From the NCBI GenBank assembly GCA_009602735.1, contig WELA01002286.1, forward strand, positions 104,409 to 168,408: a stretch of DNA of 64,000 nucleotides, written 5' to 3'. How positions within the stretch are numbered: the first letter of the stretch is position 1; every line of letters begins with the position of its first letter. The DNA comes from Mesotaenium endlicherianum. Lineage: Eukaryota. The notes below the pieces were generated by a model. It saw only the letters and a list, made by a program, of their open reading frames with translations. It was not told the origin of the DNA and ran no database searches. Shown in pieces: positions 32,847-45,741 of this stretch. Made by a program: the position numbers and the translations under genes.

Positions 32847-33258
32847 ATGGGGTGCTAACTGTCACAACGTTCCCCAAGACATTGATTTTTTTCGCAAACT
32901 TTGCAAGAGCGTCGCCGAAATCCTTGTCTCAATGATTTTTTTGCGCAATGTATAATTCCGACGCAAGGTACTGCGGACAAATGATTCTTGGCGCAACAAC
33001 CTCGACAAAAGCGCCAAGAACTGTATTATATTGGCATTTTCACATCATGTAGATATGGTGGAATACATCACAGAGATGCCCATGAAATTGTTTTTTGTCG
33101 CAAGGTAGTTAGACCGCTTGAGATAAGTCACCAAAATTTGTCAATATTGATTTTCTTCGTACTAACGCAAGAATTATTTAAGAAACAAATCGCCAATCAA
33201 AATATTTTGATTGTTTTCGCCAAGAGGCCCCTTCAGATGAAAAGAGTTAGCACCCCAT
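32847..33258. mobile_element. Possible MITE / non-autonomous DNA-transposon remnant
   Basis: Perfect 14-bp inverted repeat ATGGGGTGCTAACT (32847-32860) / AGTTAGCACCCCAT (33245-33258) around an AT-rich non-coding core. A weaker outer IR (GAGTTTGAACT / AGTTCGAACTTC) is present. No clear TSD. Confidence 0.45.
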
Positions 33259-34848
33259 CCCTTCGGACACTGCTTAAAAATTGGCTCGACCGTGCACAAG
33301 CCTTCCTCGTGATGAGTTCGAACTTCAAAGCTGGGAGGTTATAACGCCCAGGAGTGCCCAGGAGCATTTCCACCTGTTCACACCAATTCGTCTGTAACGT
33401 CACTTACAATTTGCATGCCGCTTCTGTCAGCAGGCTAAAAGCCTAGTGGCCAGTAGGCGGCAGCCAATGTCGGCAGCCGCTTAAATATTGATGTTCGACG
33501 TTGATAACTCCTCAGGTGACGGGCAGGAATGTGACCGTCCGAACAGCGTCGGAAGCGAATGCGGAGACTCGAGAGTCGAGACTGGTCGAGACAGGCCAAT
33601 ACAGGCAGAGGCAGGCCCTCATTGACAGATGTGCATGGCTCGTGGCGCGTGGGTGCTCGATCGCTCAGCACGGACCAGCGCGGACGCTTGGGTGGTCATC
33701 AGCAATCGAGAGCCGAGGCCCGTGGTCGAAGCAAAGGGGCCTGGTGGGGCCAGGCGACGCCAAGTCGAGGCGCCGCTTCCTTTCATGGCCCAATCGGGCC
33801 TTATGAGCATCGACGAGCATCACGAAGTGTTCAATCGTGCGAAGGCCTCTGAGCTACTATGAGCCAGTGTGAGGCTTGAGCAATTTAGGACAATTCAGGA
33901 CAAAGTAGCTGCGGATTGAATGACGTCAACCCCGAAGTGTCGCGACAAGAAAATTTCAAGCAGCCGACCGCGCGTGCGGGTTGCGTTTAAAGGAGGTCAG
34001 CGACGCAGGTGCATCGACGTCCGCTCAAGCGTGTGAGTACAATTCTCTTCGGCGACCGGACTACAAAATTGGAGGTAATTCAAGGCTAGGCCTGAGTGCA
34101 CAATGAATGTTAAAAGTTGCAAGAAGTTCTTAAAAGATGATATAGGGCTCCATCTATGTTGCGTTTAGTTCTTTGAACACTTAAGACATCGATGGTAGAT
34201 TGCTAAGCTCTATGAAGATAAAATTAAGAAGCTTCTTGGAAGTCTAAGGAAGACCAAGGATGGAGAAAGCTCTATCATGTCAAAAAAAGACGTTTTTTTG
34301 GTCTTGCCCTCAGTTTGTCGGAAGTCATACTCTATTACTAAATCAAAGTGCTTGTGAGCTAGCAACACCCGAAAGTGTTATATGTAGATGTGAGGAAGCT
34401 CCAGACTCAAAGTGAGATGCTGAATGTTGTTCATTCAGTGCGAGAAGCGCTAGGCACAAACACTCTAGGACTTCACAATTGTTTTTAAATCCCAAAAGAG
34501 TAAAGATTGCCACAAAGGCGTTCCTCTAAATTTTGCAAGCTTTACTTGCCTCGCATTGTTGTTAGCTGATTTTAGACTCGATTGCCAGTAAGTGACCAGT
34601 GACGAAACGAAAGCGCGCTATTAAGAAGCTTACTAATTGAAGACAATGAGCATTGTATTGAGAAGATATAAGCTTACGTATTTTGTGAAGACAAAAACTA
34701 GAGTTTTTGTAACGAGCTGAACTTGCCTGAAAAAAGTTTACAGCGAAAACCAAAGAATTGAGAAAATGTTTGTGAAGAATCTAAAATCTTGGTTCTAATA
34801 GTTTGAAAAAATGACGCAATTGCGAAGTAATACGATGTACCATCTCCC

Positions 34849-35130
34849 ATGGAAGTCGTGCTTCATTGTTTGAAGTTGGACAGAGGAAGAGGACTATCAT
34901 GCGAGGTTAGCTTAAGTACCCAAGATTGCCACAAAGAGAGTGGTGGCTTACATTGCTGCACTGGAGCACATGGAGATGCATCGAATGGACGTGAAGACTA
35001 TAATTTTATATGGAGAGTTGACGAGGATGTCTACATGAGGCACCAAGAAGAGTTTGTGGACTTCAAGTTTCCTAAGAAAGTGTGCAAGTTGAAAGACTTT
35101 CTGTATGGACTAAAGTAATGACAACAGTGA
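34849..35130 (+). pseudogene. Ty1/copia reverse transcriptase (RVT_2) fragment
   Basis: MEMHRMDVKT..LYGEL /frameshift/ DEDVYM.....FVD...PKKVCKLKDFLYGLK corresponds to the copia QMDVKTAFLNG...VCKL.KSLYGLKQ motifs. Decayed copia sequence probably extends upstream toward ~33.9 kb. Confidence 0.85.
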
Positions 35131-36043
35131 GACATGAAGTGCAGGCGGGAGCTTTGCAGCAAATTTATAATGAATCAGGATATTGGTAAATATATTACTT
35201 TAATTAATAATATTAGTTAAATAAATTTAATCTGTTGAACTTTAGTTAGTATTCAGTATGTTGGATTTTTAGGAATATTCAATATAATGACTCAGTCGGA
35301 AGCAACGAGCTGAAGTCAACTTCAGTCACCTTGCTGACTCATTCTTTAACAGTTAGTTGATCGTCCTAAGAGGTACCAGTGAACCGCCTAGTAATGCATC
35401 TAAATGTGGTGTGCTAGATGGATGACCAGATAACGCCTTGGGCGGTTGGCGATTTGGGATGATGGAAGATGGCTGTGGATTTGGTTAGCCGAGGTCCTAC
35501 AAACGTGGTTAGGTGGGTGCCATCGCACTTGCCGTTGTGCAGTAAACTCATTCTATGTACATATGCTAGATATTACCAACAAGTTCGGCATTCAGAAACA
35601 AGGCCAAGTCTCGGTACAGAATACTGAGAGAAGATATGAATCCAAGGCTGCAAGTCATTTCACAAATTGCTTATTAACCTTGCTATTGCATAATTGACGT
35701 AGTATTGTATGAGAAATTGCTAATGCTGCAGCAAGAGGGAATTTGGAAGCTGCTGCTGAGCGAGTCAATGCTGCTGCTACTGCTATGGCTGGATTGCCAT
35801 CTCCAAATGTTGATTTGGGTGCATTGTTCATTTAAATGCAGTCTCAGATGAGTATGATGTATCAGTCTCAGCAGGAGGACAAGAGAAATATGATAGCAAT
35901 GTTACGAGATAAGGACCAACTGGGTTCTCGCAATATTGGAGGTGGCATGGGACCTAGCACGCCAAAGCCAAAACCACCTCAGGGCTATGACGTTGAGAAA
36001 AAGAAGAAATTTAACTTGGTAAAATTTCTTGGTGCTGTTGAGC

Positions 36044-39000
36044 TGTAGTGAAATAGATAGATAAAGTACTTAATAAAGTAGAATACTGAATCTATTCAAG
36101 ACTAGGATCTTTGAACACAAGTGGTAGCTTCTTGAACGAGAGATGGTTTCTAGAACATCAATATATTTTTCAAACTTGGCAAGTACAAAAGTGATTATCC
36201 AATGCCTTTCTATGCTCTAGCTCTTGTTTATATACTTGCTACGTAAGTAACTTCTAGGAAGGTGCACGTTGATGTGTTGGCACCCAACACATCCCAAAAC
36301 TTGCTACATCTTTTGAAAGGGGCGAAGTGCCCTAGTGGAAGCGTAGCGACTCACGAGGAACAAAGATGGCTGCAATCATACTCTAGAGTGCAGCAACATA
36401 TCACTAAGAAAGCTTAGGAAAATTAATTGACATTTTGAGTAGCAAGAAACTGCTCACAAATGGACTAGGATGAAAGGTCTTGTCATTACAAACTCGTAGA
36501 AATTTGCAGAGTGAATACTGATTGAAAATGAAGTAGTTAAGTTCATTTATACTTTTCTACGACGGCCGCTTGCCCCTAGGCGGGAGGGCCGCTTAGCAAC
36601 GGATTTTGCTGAGTGTTTAACAAATCGTCCCTTCCAGAATAATCGTGAGAAAGCCAAATCAGTCTAATCTGACGTGTCGGGCCGATTTGACGTCCACATG
36701 CATGCATCGAAATATCCAGAATATACTAACTTAGACGCGCTAGGCTAATCCGAAACTTCTAGGTAAATCGACCAAGTCGGCACTCCGCGTCAGCCGAACT
36801 TACGTGAAGGTTTGAATTCACTCTAACGGTCCAGATCGCTCGACGCTGTCGGTCAATCTGTCGGTCACGCTCACAGCAAATCAAGGACAGTCATCAACCG
36901 ACCTCAAAACTAATGACACTTTGGAAATTCATAACTCTCTCAATACTTGACCAAATCCGATGAACGTTATAACAAAAAGACCAAACAAATGCACTCTACG
37001 CTTAAGCAATCAAAATTTACATTCAAGGAACTAAAAAATGCTCTTTATAAACGTAGGACCTTACATCATCCCGCTCCTCAAGATGTGACGTCCTTCACGC
37101 ATTCTGCAGATAACGTCTCAACTTACTCTTACAATGAGTCAAGTTGGCCTTCGGCTCCCAAGTGTTGCCGTTCGCATGATAGCTTTTCCACTTGACCAGA
37201 TACTCTTGAACAAGACGTTGACCTCGCTTTACTCGTCAATCGTCAACAATCGCCTCCACTTCGTACTCCAATACATCATCGATCTCGACCGGTAGTGGCG
37301 GTGTAGGTAGTTGTCCTGGATGTATTTCATTTGGGTCAATGAATGGCCGCAGGTAACTGACACGGAACACATCATGTAAACCCCAACGTGAAGGAAGTTC
37401 CAACTTGTAGGCCAATGGATTCACCTGCTTGACCACCGAAAATGGATCTGTGAACCATGCCCGCGGTTTCCTCTTGCCCGTGAAAGGTAGATCCTCTGTG
37501 GACAAGAGTACTTTGTCGCCCACATGGAATGTCACTTCCCTCCTGTGCTTGTCAGCATGCTTGACCTGCTCTTCTTGTGCCTTCCGTATAGACGTCTTAG
37601 CCATGTCCCAAGTCTTGGCCATCTGCTCCATAAATGCTTGCGTAGTAGGAACCTGAGTCTCCTTGGCCTTCTCCAACAAGATGTTCTCTGGATGATATAC
37701 TTCTCTTCCATAAACCATCGTGAATGGTGACTGCTTTGACGATCCTTGCATGCTGTTGTTGTAGGCAAACTCCAATCCTGGCAGCTTCTTGTTCCACTCT
37801 GAAGGGTCCACCATAGTGAAACTCCTGAGCACCTCTTGCAGAATTCTGTTGAGCCTCTCACTCTGCCCGTCTGTCTGAGGATGATAGGAAGTGCTCAGAC
37901 TCAGCTTGGTCCCCATCAAAGTAAGCAATGGCCGCCAAAAGTTGCTCGTAAACCTTGGATCCCGATCTAAACCAATCATCTTCGGCAACCCATGTAGCTT
38001 GAAAATATGATCAAAGAGTTGCCGTGCCACATCTGCAGCCGTGGAAGTCTCCTTCGTGAGAATGAAGTGCGCCATCTTGCTGAGTCCATCAGACACAATC
38101 CATACTGCATCGTGTCCTTGACCACTCACTGATAAAGATGTGGTGAAGTCCATAGCAATCTGCTCCCAAGGATACTCTGGAATAGGCAGGGGCTGCAATG
38201 TACCTCCCTTCTTTTGATTTGGTGTCTTGTTTCTTTGGCACGCATCGCAACTCCTTATCCACTCCTTGATGTCCTTGTCCATATTTCTCCATAAATACTG
38301 CCGCCTTAACACGCTTGCCGTCTTCTGGCTTCCAAAGTGTCGAGCATATAAGCAAGCAAAATGCTCCGCAAGTAGTAAATCTCGTAGGTTCTTGACGTCA
38401 GGTACCACCACTCTCTTGGAATCACCATAACACCATATGCCGTCCTTCTTCTGCATACTTGAGTTGGACTCAGTTGCTCCACCATCTGCAATCTTTGGGT
38501 CCTCCTCATAACCTCTCTGAAGCTTCTTCTCGAAGTCCATATTTTCCTTGCTGACTGAGACAGCTACAAGGTCGCACCTCCTGGATAAGCATTTGCAGGG
38601 TTGATCTTCCCCAGTAAGTACTCAATCTTGTGGTCGACCTGTAGCAGATACTCCATCCGCCTTGCTTGTCTTGGTGTCAACGTTAACTGCGTCATAAATT
38701 TCTCCAAGCTCTTGTGGTCGGTCTTGATGGACAACTTCTGGCCGTCCACATAACATCGCCAAATCCTCAAAACCTGGATAATAGCTAACATCTCCCGCTC
38801 GTGTGCTGTATAGTTTTGCTCAGCGGGACTCAACTTTCTGCTCTCATATGCCACAGGTTGCAAACCTTTGCCCTGGTCCTGGAGAAGAATTGCCAACACA
38901 AGTGCCTGTGTCAACAACTCCATAATCTTCTCAAAGACTTGCTGCTCCTTGTCACCCCATAGCCACTTCTCCTGCTTCTTTAACATGTCCGTGAGTGGTG

Positions 39001-42000
39001 CACACACCTTGGCAAATCCTTAAATGAAGCGTCGATCATAGTTTGCCATACCGAGGAAGCTCCTGAGTTGATGAATATCAACAGGTACCGGCCAATCTCT
39101 GACTGCTTGCACCTTCTTCTGCTCCACCTTGACTCCTTCAGCTCCCACTATGTGCCCAAGAAACTCGACTTCTTTGAGACAGAAATCGCATTTACTCATC
39201 TTCCTATATAGCTTCTGATCTCTCAAGACCTCCAACACCTTCCTCAGATGCTCCACATGCTCTTCCAAGGTCTTCGAATAGATCAAGATATTGTCCAAAA
39301 ATACCACCACAAACTGGTCCAAGTGGGGTATGAAGATACTATTTATGAGTCCTATGAATATAGCAGGTGCATTGGTTAACCCAAAAGGCATGACTGTAAA
39401 CTCAAATAATCCATAGCGAGTCCTGAAAGAAGTCTTCTAAACGGCTCCTTCCGCAATTCGTACCTGGTGATAGCCACTCCTCACATCCATTTTTGAGAAA
39501 TACTTCGCCCCGACAAGCCTGTCAATCAACTCATCCACTCGTGGAAAATGGTACCTGTTCTTGATGGTGACCTTGTTGAGTGCCTGGTAGTCGACACACA
39601 TCCTCATAGTCCCATTCTTCTTCTTCACAAAATATAGACTCGCTGGGTTGGATGAATCCCTTTCCAATAACTCTATCAGCTGCTTTCTCAACTCATCCAA
39701 CTCCGAAACGATTATCAATAGGTGGGTCTCACTGGTGGCTTGCTCCCCGGTTCCAACTCAATCTTGTGCTCCATAACTCTTTGTGGAGGTAATCTTGCTG
39801 GTAGCTCCTCTGGAAGAACCCACTTGAACTCCTCCAACAGCGCCATGATTTGGGCAGGCATCTCAGCAGGCTTTTTCTCTTGAGCAGTTGGGCTCTGCTT
39901 CTTGTAAGCAAGGGGATTGGAAACCACTACTTGCTCTTTCGGCAATGTACATTCGGCGAGGCTGTAACTTGTGGTCGTATCTACCTCTCCCTGTTTCGCT
40001 GTCTCCATTCAACCATCACGCCCTTGGACCTTCACTTGTCCTGTGCTCCAATGTACTTGAGGGTTGGCTTTCCTCAGCCATGTTCGGCCCAATATCACCT
40101 CATGGTGACCTAACTCTGCCTGCTCCATAACTTCAGTACTCTGGTGCCCCGCTACTTCCACGTGAATAGCTTCTGTAGGTGGAACACACTTGAGTCTCTG
40201 CCCATTCGCCAAACCTGCCTCCTTAGACTCATAATGCTTCTGCACAGGGATTTCCCACTCCTTCACAAGCTTCTTGTGGATAAAATTTGCACTTGCGCCA
40301 CTGTCGACCATACACTTCGCCTTGTTGCCGTCGACTACTCCTTCCACGATAATAGGCTTGTCAACATCCCGTCTTTCGCTTCTCGGCAGGCTCCTCGAGT
40401 TAATGTCCTTGTGGATTCCCATCTTCACGCCAGTAAACACCCCAGAACGACTTACTGACGTTCTCCTTTTTCCTGTTGCTGAGGTTGCTTTGCCTTCACA
40501 TGGCAGTCCCCCACCAGATGCCCAAGTTTGCCACAATTATAGCAGGGTCCTCTTGGCTTGTAATTTTGCTGCCTGCGCTGGTTCTGAACAAGTCTAAACT
40601 CCATAGGTATTGGACCATCACCACTCGTGTTTGGCGTTTAAGATCCAAAGTGTTGATGTCCTCCAAAGTTGTGGCTGCTTCATTGTCTCTGGCTATTCTC
40701 CACAGCGTCGACCCTCGTTGCCAATCCCATCTTTTCACCAAGACTGGTAGGGTCCTTGAGCGCCACTTCCTTGGCCACAGTTGGCTTGAGTCCCCTCATG
40801 ATGTTGTCCATCATCTCTAACTCGTGCATGGATGAACTTTGAAGCACCGGCTCGTTGAAGCGCAATACATACTCCTAAACGCTTCCTTGTTGGCGAAGGT
40901 GCACCAATAGATCTCGAGCGGTAGCCTCGGGTGCGATAGGTTGAAATTGCCTCGTCAGGCCATCAAAGAGCTGATCAACAGTAGCAGGAACTCCAGACAG
41001 CTGCTCCTCTCGCTCATACCAAGCTACAGCACTCTTCTTCAGCAAAGTAATCGCAAAGACGACTTGCCTGTCGGGCGTGAGCGCAGAATACTCCACAAAC
41101 TTCTTCACTCCAACAATCCATTGATGAACAGGCGGCCATCCGGGCTCTCCTGTGTACACTTCAGGCTTAGGCGCACGCACTCCTGATTGGGGTGGAATAA
41201 TTGGTTGCATCACTGTATTAACATGGATTGGTGGTACAACAGGTGCAGGTGCCGAACTCGTCAAAGCGGCATTTCCAACAAGAACTCGCACCATTCTCTC
41301 CACCTCCGCCGCATATTTTGTTGAAATTGGGCGTAGACTTCTCCTCCAATTGCATTTGCCATTTGCCTTGGCATCGCCTGCATCTCTTGTTGCTCTCTGG
41401 TCATTGTTGGTGCTACCTGCTGCTCCACGCGCTCAACATGCTCGACATGTTCGCCTCCTCCAGCTGCCGGCTGCAACTCCATATTATAATATGCAAACTA
41501 GCCCAGCTCCGATACCAAATGAAAGAGGCGAAGTGCCCTAGTGGAAGCGTAGTGACTCACGAGGAACAAAGCTAGTTGCAATTATTCTCTAGAGTGCAGT
41601 AGCATATCACTAAGAAAGCTTAGGAAAATTACTTGACATTTTGAGTAGCAAGAAATTGCTCACAAGTGGACTAGGATAAAAGGTCTTGTCATTACAAACT
41701 AGTAGAAGTTTACAAAAGTGAAAATTGATAAGAAATGAGGAAGTTATGCCTATATGTAATTCTCTGACCTAAGTCCTCTCTAGGCGAGAGGACCGCTTAG
41801 CAACGGATTTTCCTAAGTGTTTGTCAAATCGTCCCTTCCAGAATATTCGCGAGTAGGCCAGATCAGTCTCATCTCTCATCTGACGTGTCGGGTTGATTAG
41901 ACGTCCTCAGTCATGCATCAAAATATCTAGAATATACTAACTTAGACGCGCTAGGCTAATCCGAAACTTCTAGGTAAATCGACCTAGTCGGCGCTCCGCG

Positions 42001-42515
42001 TCAGCGGAAGTTACATGAAGGTTTGAATTCACTTTAATAGCCCAGATCGCTTGACGCTGTCGATCAACCGACGGACGCGCTCACCGCAAATCAAGGACAA
42101 TCGTCAACCGACCTCAAAACTAATAAAACTTCAGAAATCCATAACTATCTCACTACTTGACCAAATTTGATGAACGTTATATCAAGATGACCACACAAAT
42201 GCACTCTACACTTCTATGCAATAATAACCAACTTTCAAGGAACTCAAACATGCACTTTGTAAACCTACGACCTTACATCTTTCTAGAATAATGTACACAT
42301 GTCCTTTTGACCTACTAATGGCCTATTTGACTTTTGCCAAATGGAGTTATTTTAGGTCCTTCCTCTAACTTTGAAAGTGCCGTAGATGGTTCAAAGGACA
42401 TAAACCAAGTCCTTAAAGTATCTATTTACACTTGAATCCACACAAAATTATTCTAAAAATATTTAAAAGCATTCAAACATAAGTATGTTAATATAATATA
42501 ACTCACATCACCACA
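36044..42515. mobile_element. Solo LTR-like insertion (family B, ~500 bp) split into 36044-36313 and 42283-42515 by the family A element
   Basis: The two halves join (...CCCAAAACTTGC.AC.TCTTT|CTAGAATAATGTACACATG...) to match the uninterrupted copy at 57614-~58111. Termini TG...CA. Confidence 0.8.
36314..42277 (-). mobile_element. Full-length Ty3/gypsy chromovirus, family A, decayed
   Basis: LTRs 41520-42277 (5') and 36314-37065 (3'), perfect 5-bp TSD TCTTT, PBS TGGTATCGGAGC (iMet-type). Internal order: gag, protease (MVDSGAS), RT (VFLDNI), RNase H, integrase (HPQTDGQSER), chromodomain (YEVEAIV). Many stops, frameshifts and deletions. Confidence 0.96.
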
Positions 42516-45500
42516 TAAGATGTGGATGGAGAGCTCTCTAGACCTGCATGATGCTGAGAAGATCAGACAGATCGGTGCTTTGCTAAAAGGCAGCGTAGTA
42601 GATTGGTGGTCCTTCTAAAAGGAAGAGCGGAAAGCTAACCAACTCAGTGACCACACAGCGATAGAGTTCGCGAAGGGAGTGTTTTGAAAAAATATTGTGA
42701 TCAATGAGAAGGAGATAGCTATTCATGCAATGATCTCCTCGACACTGAAGCAGACCACTTCACTTGCTGAGTATGCTTATATACTTTAGGTGAACATGGT
42801 GAACCAGCCGACCTTGCCAGAGCTGTATAGGCTAGCATACTTCACGTACGGCTTGAAGTTTGAGGTATCGAGTCATTTTGCTGAAAAGAAGTATGAGAAG
42901 CTGGCTGAGTTGATGCGAGACACTGATGCTTGCGATCAACAGCAGTACAACCACAAGCGCCAAACTACTGCTTTGGTGGCTAAGATTCTCACAAAGCCAC
43001 GTGGTTCCTACAATGCTAGTAAGAAGATTAGGCTGAAAATGTTCAGGTGGATGAGCAGGAGTCTTACGGGTATGAGTATAATGCTACGCAGTCTAGAGAG
43101 AGAGGTGGATACTCTCGAGGAGGCTTTATGAGAGGTGGTGGTAGGACTAAGCCAAGACCAACCTCAGCAAACTCAATATGGTACCATTGCCAAGAGAGAG
43201 GTAACTACCGAGAGTATTTTTCAAAGAAGAACCTACTCAAGGTGGATAAAAAAGAGGCAAAAGAGAAGAGCGGAAGAGGCACATGCAGAATACTTGCAAT
43301 TCCGTGGCGACATCGAATCATCCTCCATCTCCGCTCGGGAATCACAACGACTCCAACAACAGCGGAAGGCACAGAAGAAGAAGGAGAAGGAGAAACAAGC
43401 CAAACTGAGGCAGGAAGAACTGGACAAAAAAGCTGCAGAGGAGGCCAAGAAGGCAGTGGAGGAGAGGCAAGCTGAAGAGAGGCGGAAGCAGCAGGCTGAA
43501 GAAGAAGAACAGAGGAGAATCAGCAACTACTGCTACACAGTGTTGGGCAAGGGCTTTGATCTACTGCAGGAGGCCTTCAAGTATGCCCAGAGAAGTCGCA
43601 GTGAGTCGCAGAAGGAAATCTTGCAGAGGGAAGGGGAGACATCCGAAAACTTTGACAAGTAAATAGAGGTCAGCACAGGGCTCCTCCTCTACCACAATTA
43701 TGCCAAGATGGTAGGGTGTACAGTCAGAGAGGCCAAGGCAATGGCCCAAGTGAATGAGGCAGGAGCTGTATCAATTCGAGGTGTTTGGAGGGAAGATAGG
43801 GTCATCAGAATGATCCCCGTGGACGCGGACAGCTTTAAGGACTCTCCATCCCATAACAGGTTCAAGGCCATGTATAATGAGGTGGAGAGGAGGAGCTTAG
43901 AGATTTTGGCCAAGGAAACCAGTCAGCTGGACTTTACAGGGCACTGATACCCCTGTACTCTGAAAAAGACAGACCTTGCCTTTTTCGAGAAGCCCACTGA
44001 TAGGCGGTGGATGACCATCAACATGAGGGACCAGCAGAATGACAGGGTAGGGGAGGAAGATTTTCTAACAGACCTACAGGAGAACATAGTATTGCCTCCT
44101 CACACTGCAGCTTGGGACCCAAGATTGGATGGAGTAAGGAACTGTATGAGTCAAGAAATGCAGCAGGACGAGAGCAGGGCCCGCGAGGCATTCTTTAAAG
44201 GGAAGCACGCTTATGCCAAATGGGCAAGCAAGCAAGGAGAGAAAGACCTGTATGCGGTCAAGACTCAACAGCCTCCACCAGCACCCAAAAAGGGGAAGGT
44301 CGGTAAGGTACTCCTTTTCTCGGGCAGAGCTGGAGCAGGTGACAGAGGAGAACCCAGCAGTCTCAGCGGAGCCGGGGGAAGAAGAGGAGGAGTCAGAGGA
44401 AGAAGAGGAGAAAGACAAGGAAGAGGACACTAGCCCCGCTGTGACCCAGACACCTGCCACATTCCCTATAATAGAGAAGACTGGGTTGGCCAAGGCAGAC
44501 AGGGCTCTGCACTAGCTCGCTGAAGAGGAAGATATCACTTGGCTGGGGACTGCCAAGGGACAAAGCCCAGTTGCAGGCGCAGAGACCCAATCAGACAGGG
44601 CAGACGGAAGGGCTGCAAGAGAAATAGCCAGAGGCCTACCAGCATCTCCCTTGCAGAGAGGACATGTGCCCTTGGCTCATGTCATGCAGCATTCTTCTGG
44701 GATGCCGGTATATGTGCCTGTCAGTTTGAGAGATGCCCACGAGAAGGCTGCCTCCCTCCACTTTCAGACTGTGCAAGAGGAAACAACCCAGTTACTACGT
44801 TGTCCCCTTGGTTCCCCCTAATTGGAGCCCCCAGGCTTCAGGATACCCCAAGACAGAAGCAAGAGGTCTGGCTCCCCGTCTCGCTCCCCTAACCGTAGAG
44901 CCCCAGAAACATCTCCTTCATAAGGGCAGTAGGCTGAGGGGAAGGAGATCAGTACTTCAGTTGGGGAAAAACATGTACCTAGCATTAGTGTTGTCGAGGC
45001 GACAACCTGTTAAGTTGGAGGGATTGTAATGAATCAATATATTGGTAGATATAATATTCATTTAAATATAATAGTTAAATAAGTTCAACTTGCTCAACTT
45101 AGTTAGTATTGAGCCTGCTGGACTTTGTATGATTACCAGCTTAATGACTCAGCCCGGAGCAGCTGGCTGAAGTCTACTAGGTCAGCTTGCTGACACATTC
45201 TTTTACAGCCAACGGACGTCCGTACTCGGTAGCAGCGAACTGCCTAGATATGCATCTAAGTATGGTGTGCTAGATGAATGGCCAGATGACATCCCTATGA
45301 TGGATGGCGATTCGGGATGATGGGAGATGGCGGTGGATTTGGTTAAACAAGGTCCTACCAACGTGGTTAACTCCCGGGTAGGCGGTGCCATCGCACTGAC
45401 CGTTGAACAGTAAACTCATTCCATGTACATATGCTAGGTATTGCCCTCGAGTTCGGCATTCGGAAACGAGGCCAACTCTCTTGTGCAGCTTACTGAGAGG

Positions 45501-45741
45501 GATTTGAATCCAAGGCGAGAAGCCATTGATATGCACTGTCTCTTAGCCTTGCTTATGTGTGAGTTTACCGATTGCATTATTGATGCCAGTTTACTTCTAT
45601 TTGACTTACAAGTATTGTCCACAGCTTGTGTGTTGTCTTTTGCTGTTTCATCAATTAACAGAAAATACCATAAAGATTACTTGCTGATATAAAGATCTTC
45701 ATTAACTGTTAATCCCCTATTTGGTAAGTCGATTCATTTCA

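Larger units (their letters stand above)
35166..45741 (+). mobile_element. Pol-less LTR element (family C): truncated 5' LTR 35166-~35710, gag + zinc knuckle + unknown ORF, PPT, 3' LTR 45025-45741; hosts two nested insertions
   Basis: The two LTR copies align (T[A/G]TAATGAATCA..ATATTGGTA...). The gag KPKPPQGYD..KFLGAVEL|WME..IGALLKGSVVDWW is continuous across the 36044-42515 insertion. A purine tract AAGTTGGAGGGA precedes TG at 45025. No PR/RT/INT motifs in 42516-45024. Confidence 0.72.

Noticed and set aside
43135..43662. Lys/Glu-rich ORF as a cellular TolA- or MAP7-like gene
   Set aside because: Compositional similarity only. It sits inside an LTR-bounded element with stops and frameshifts.
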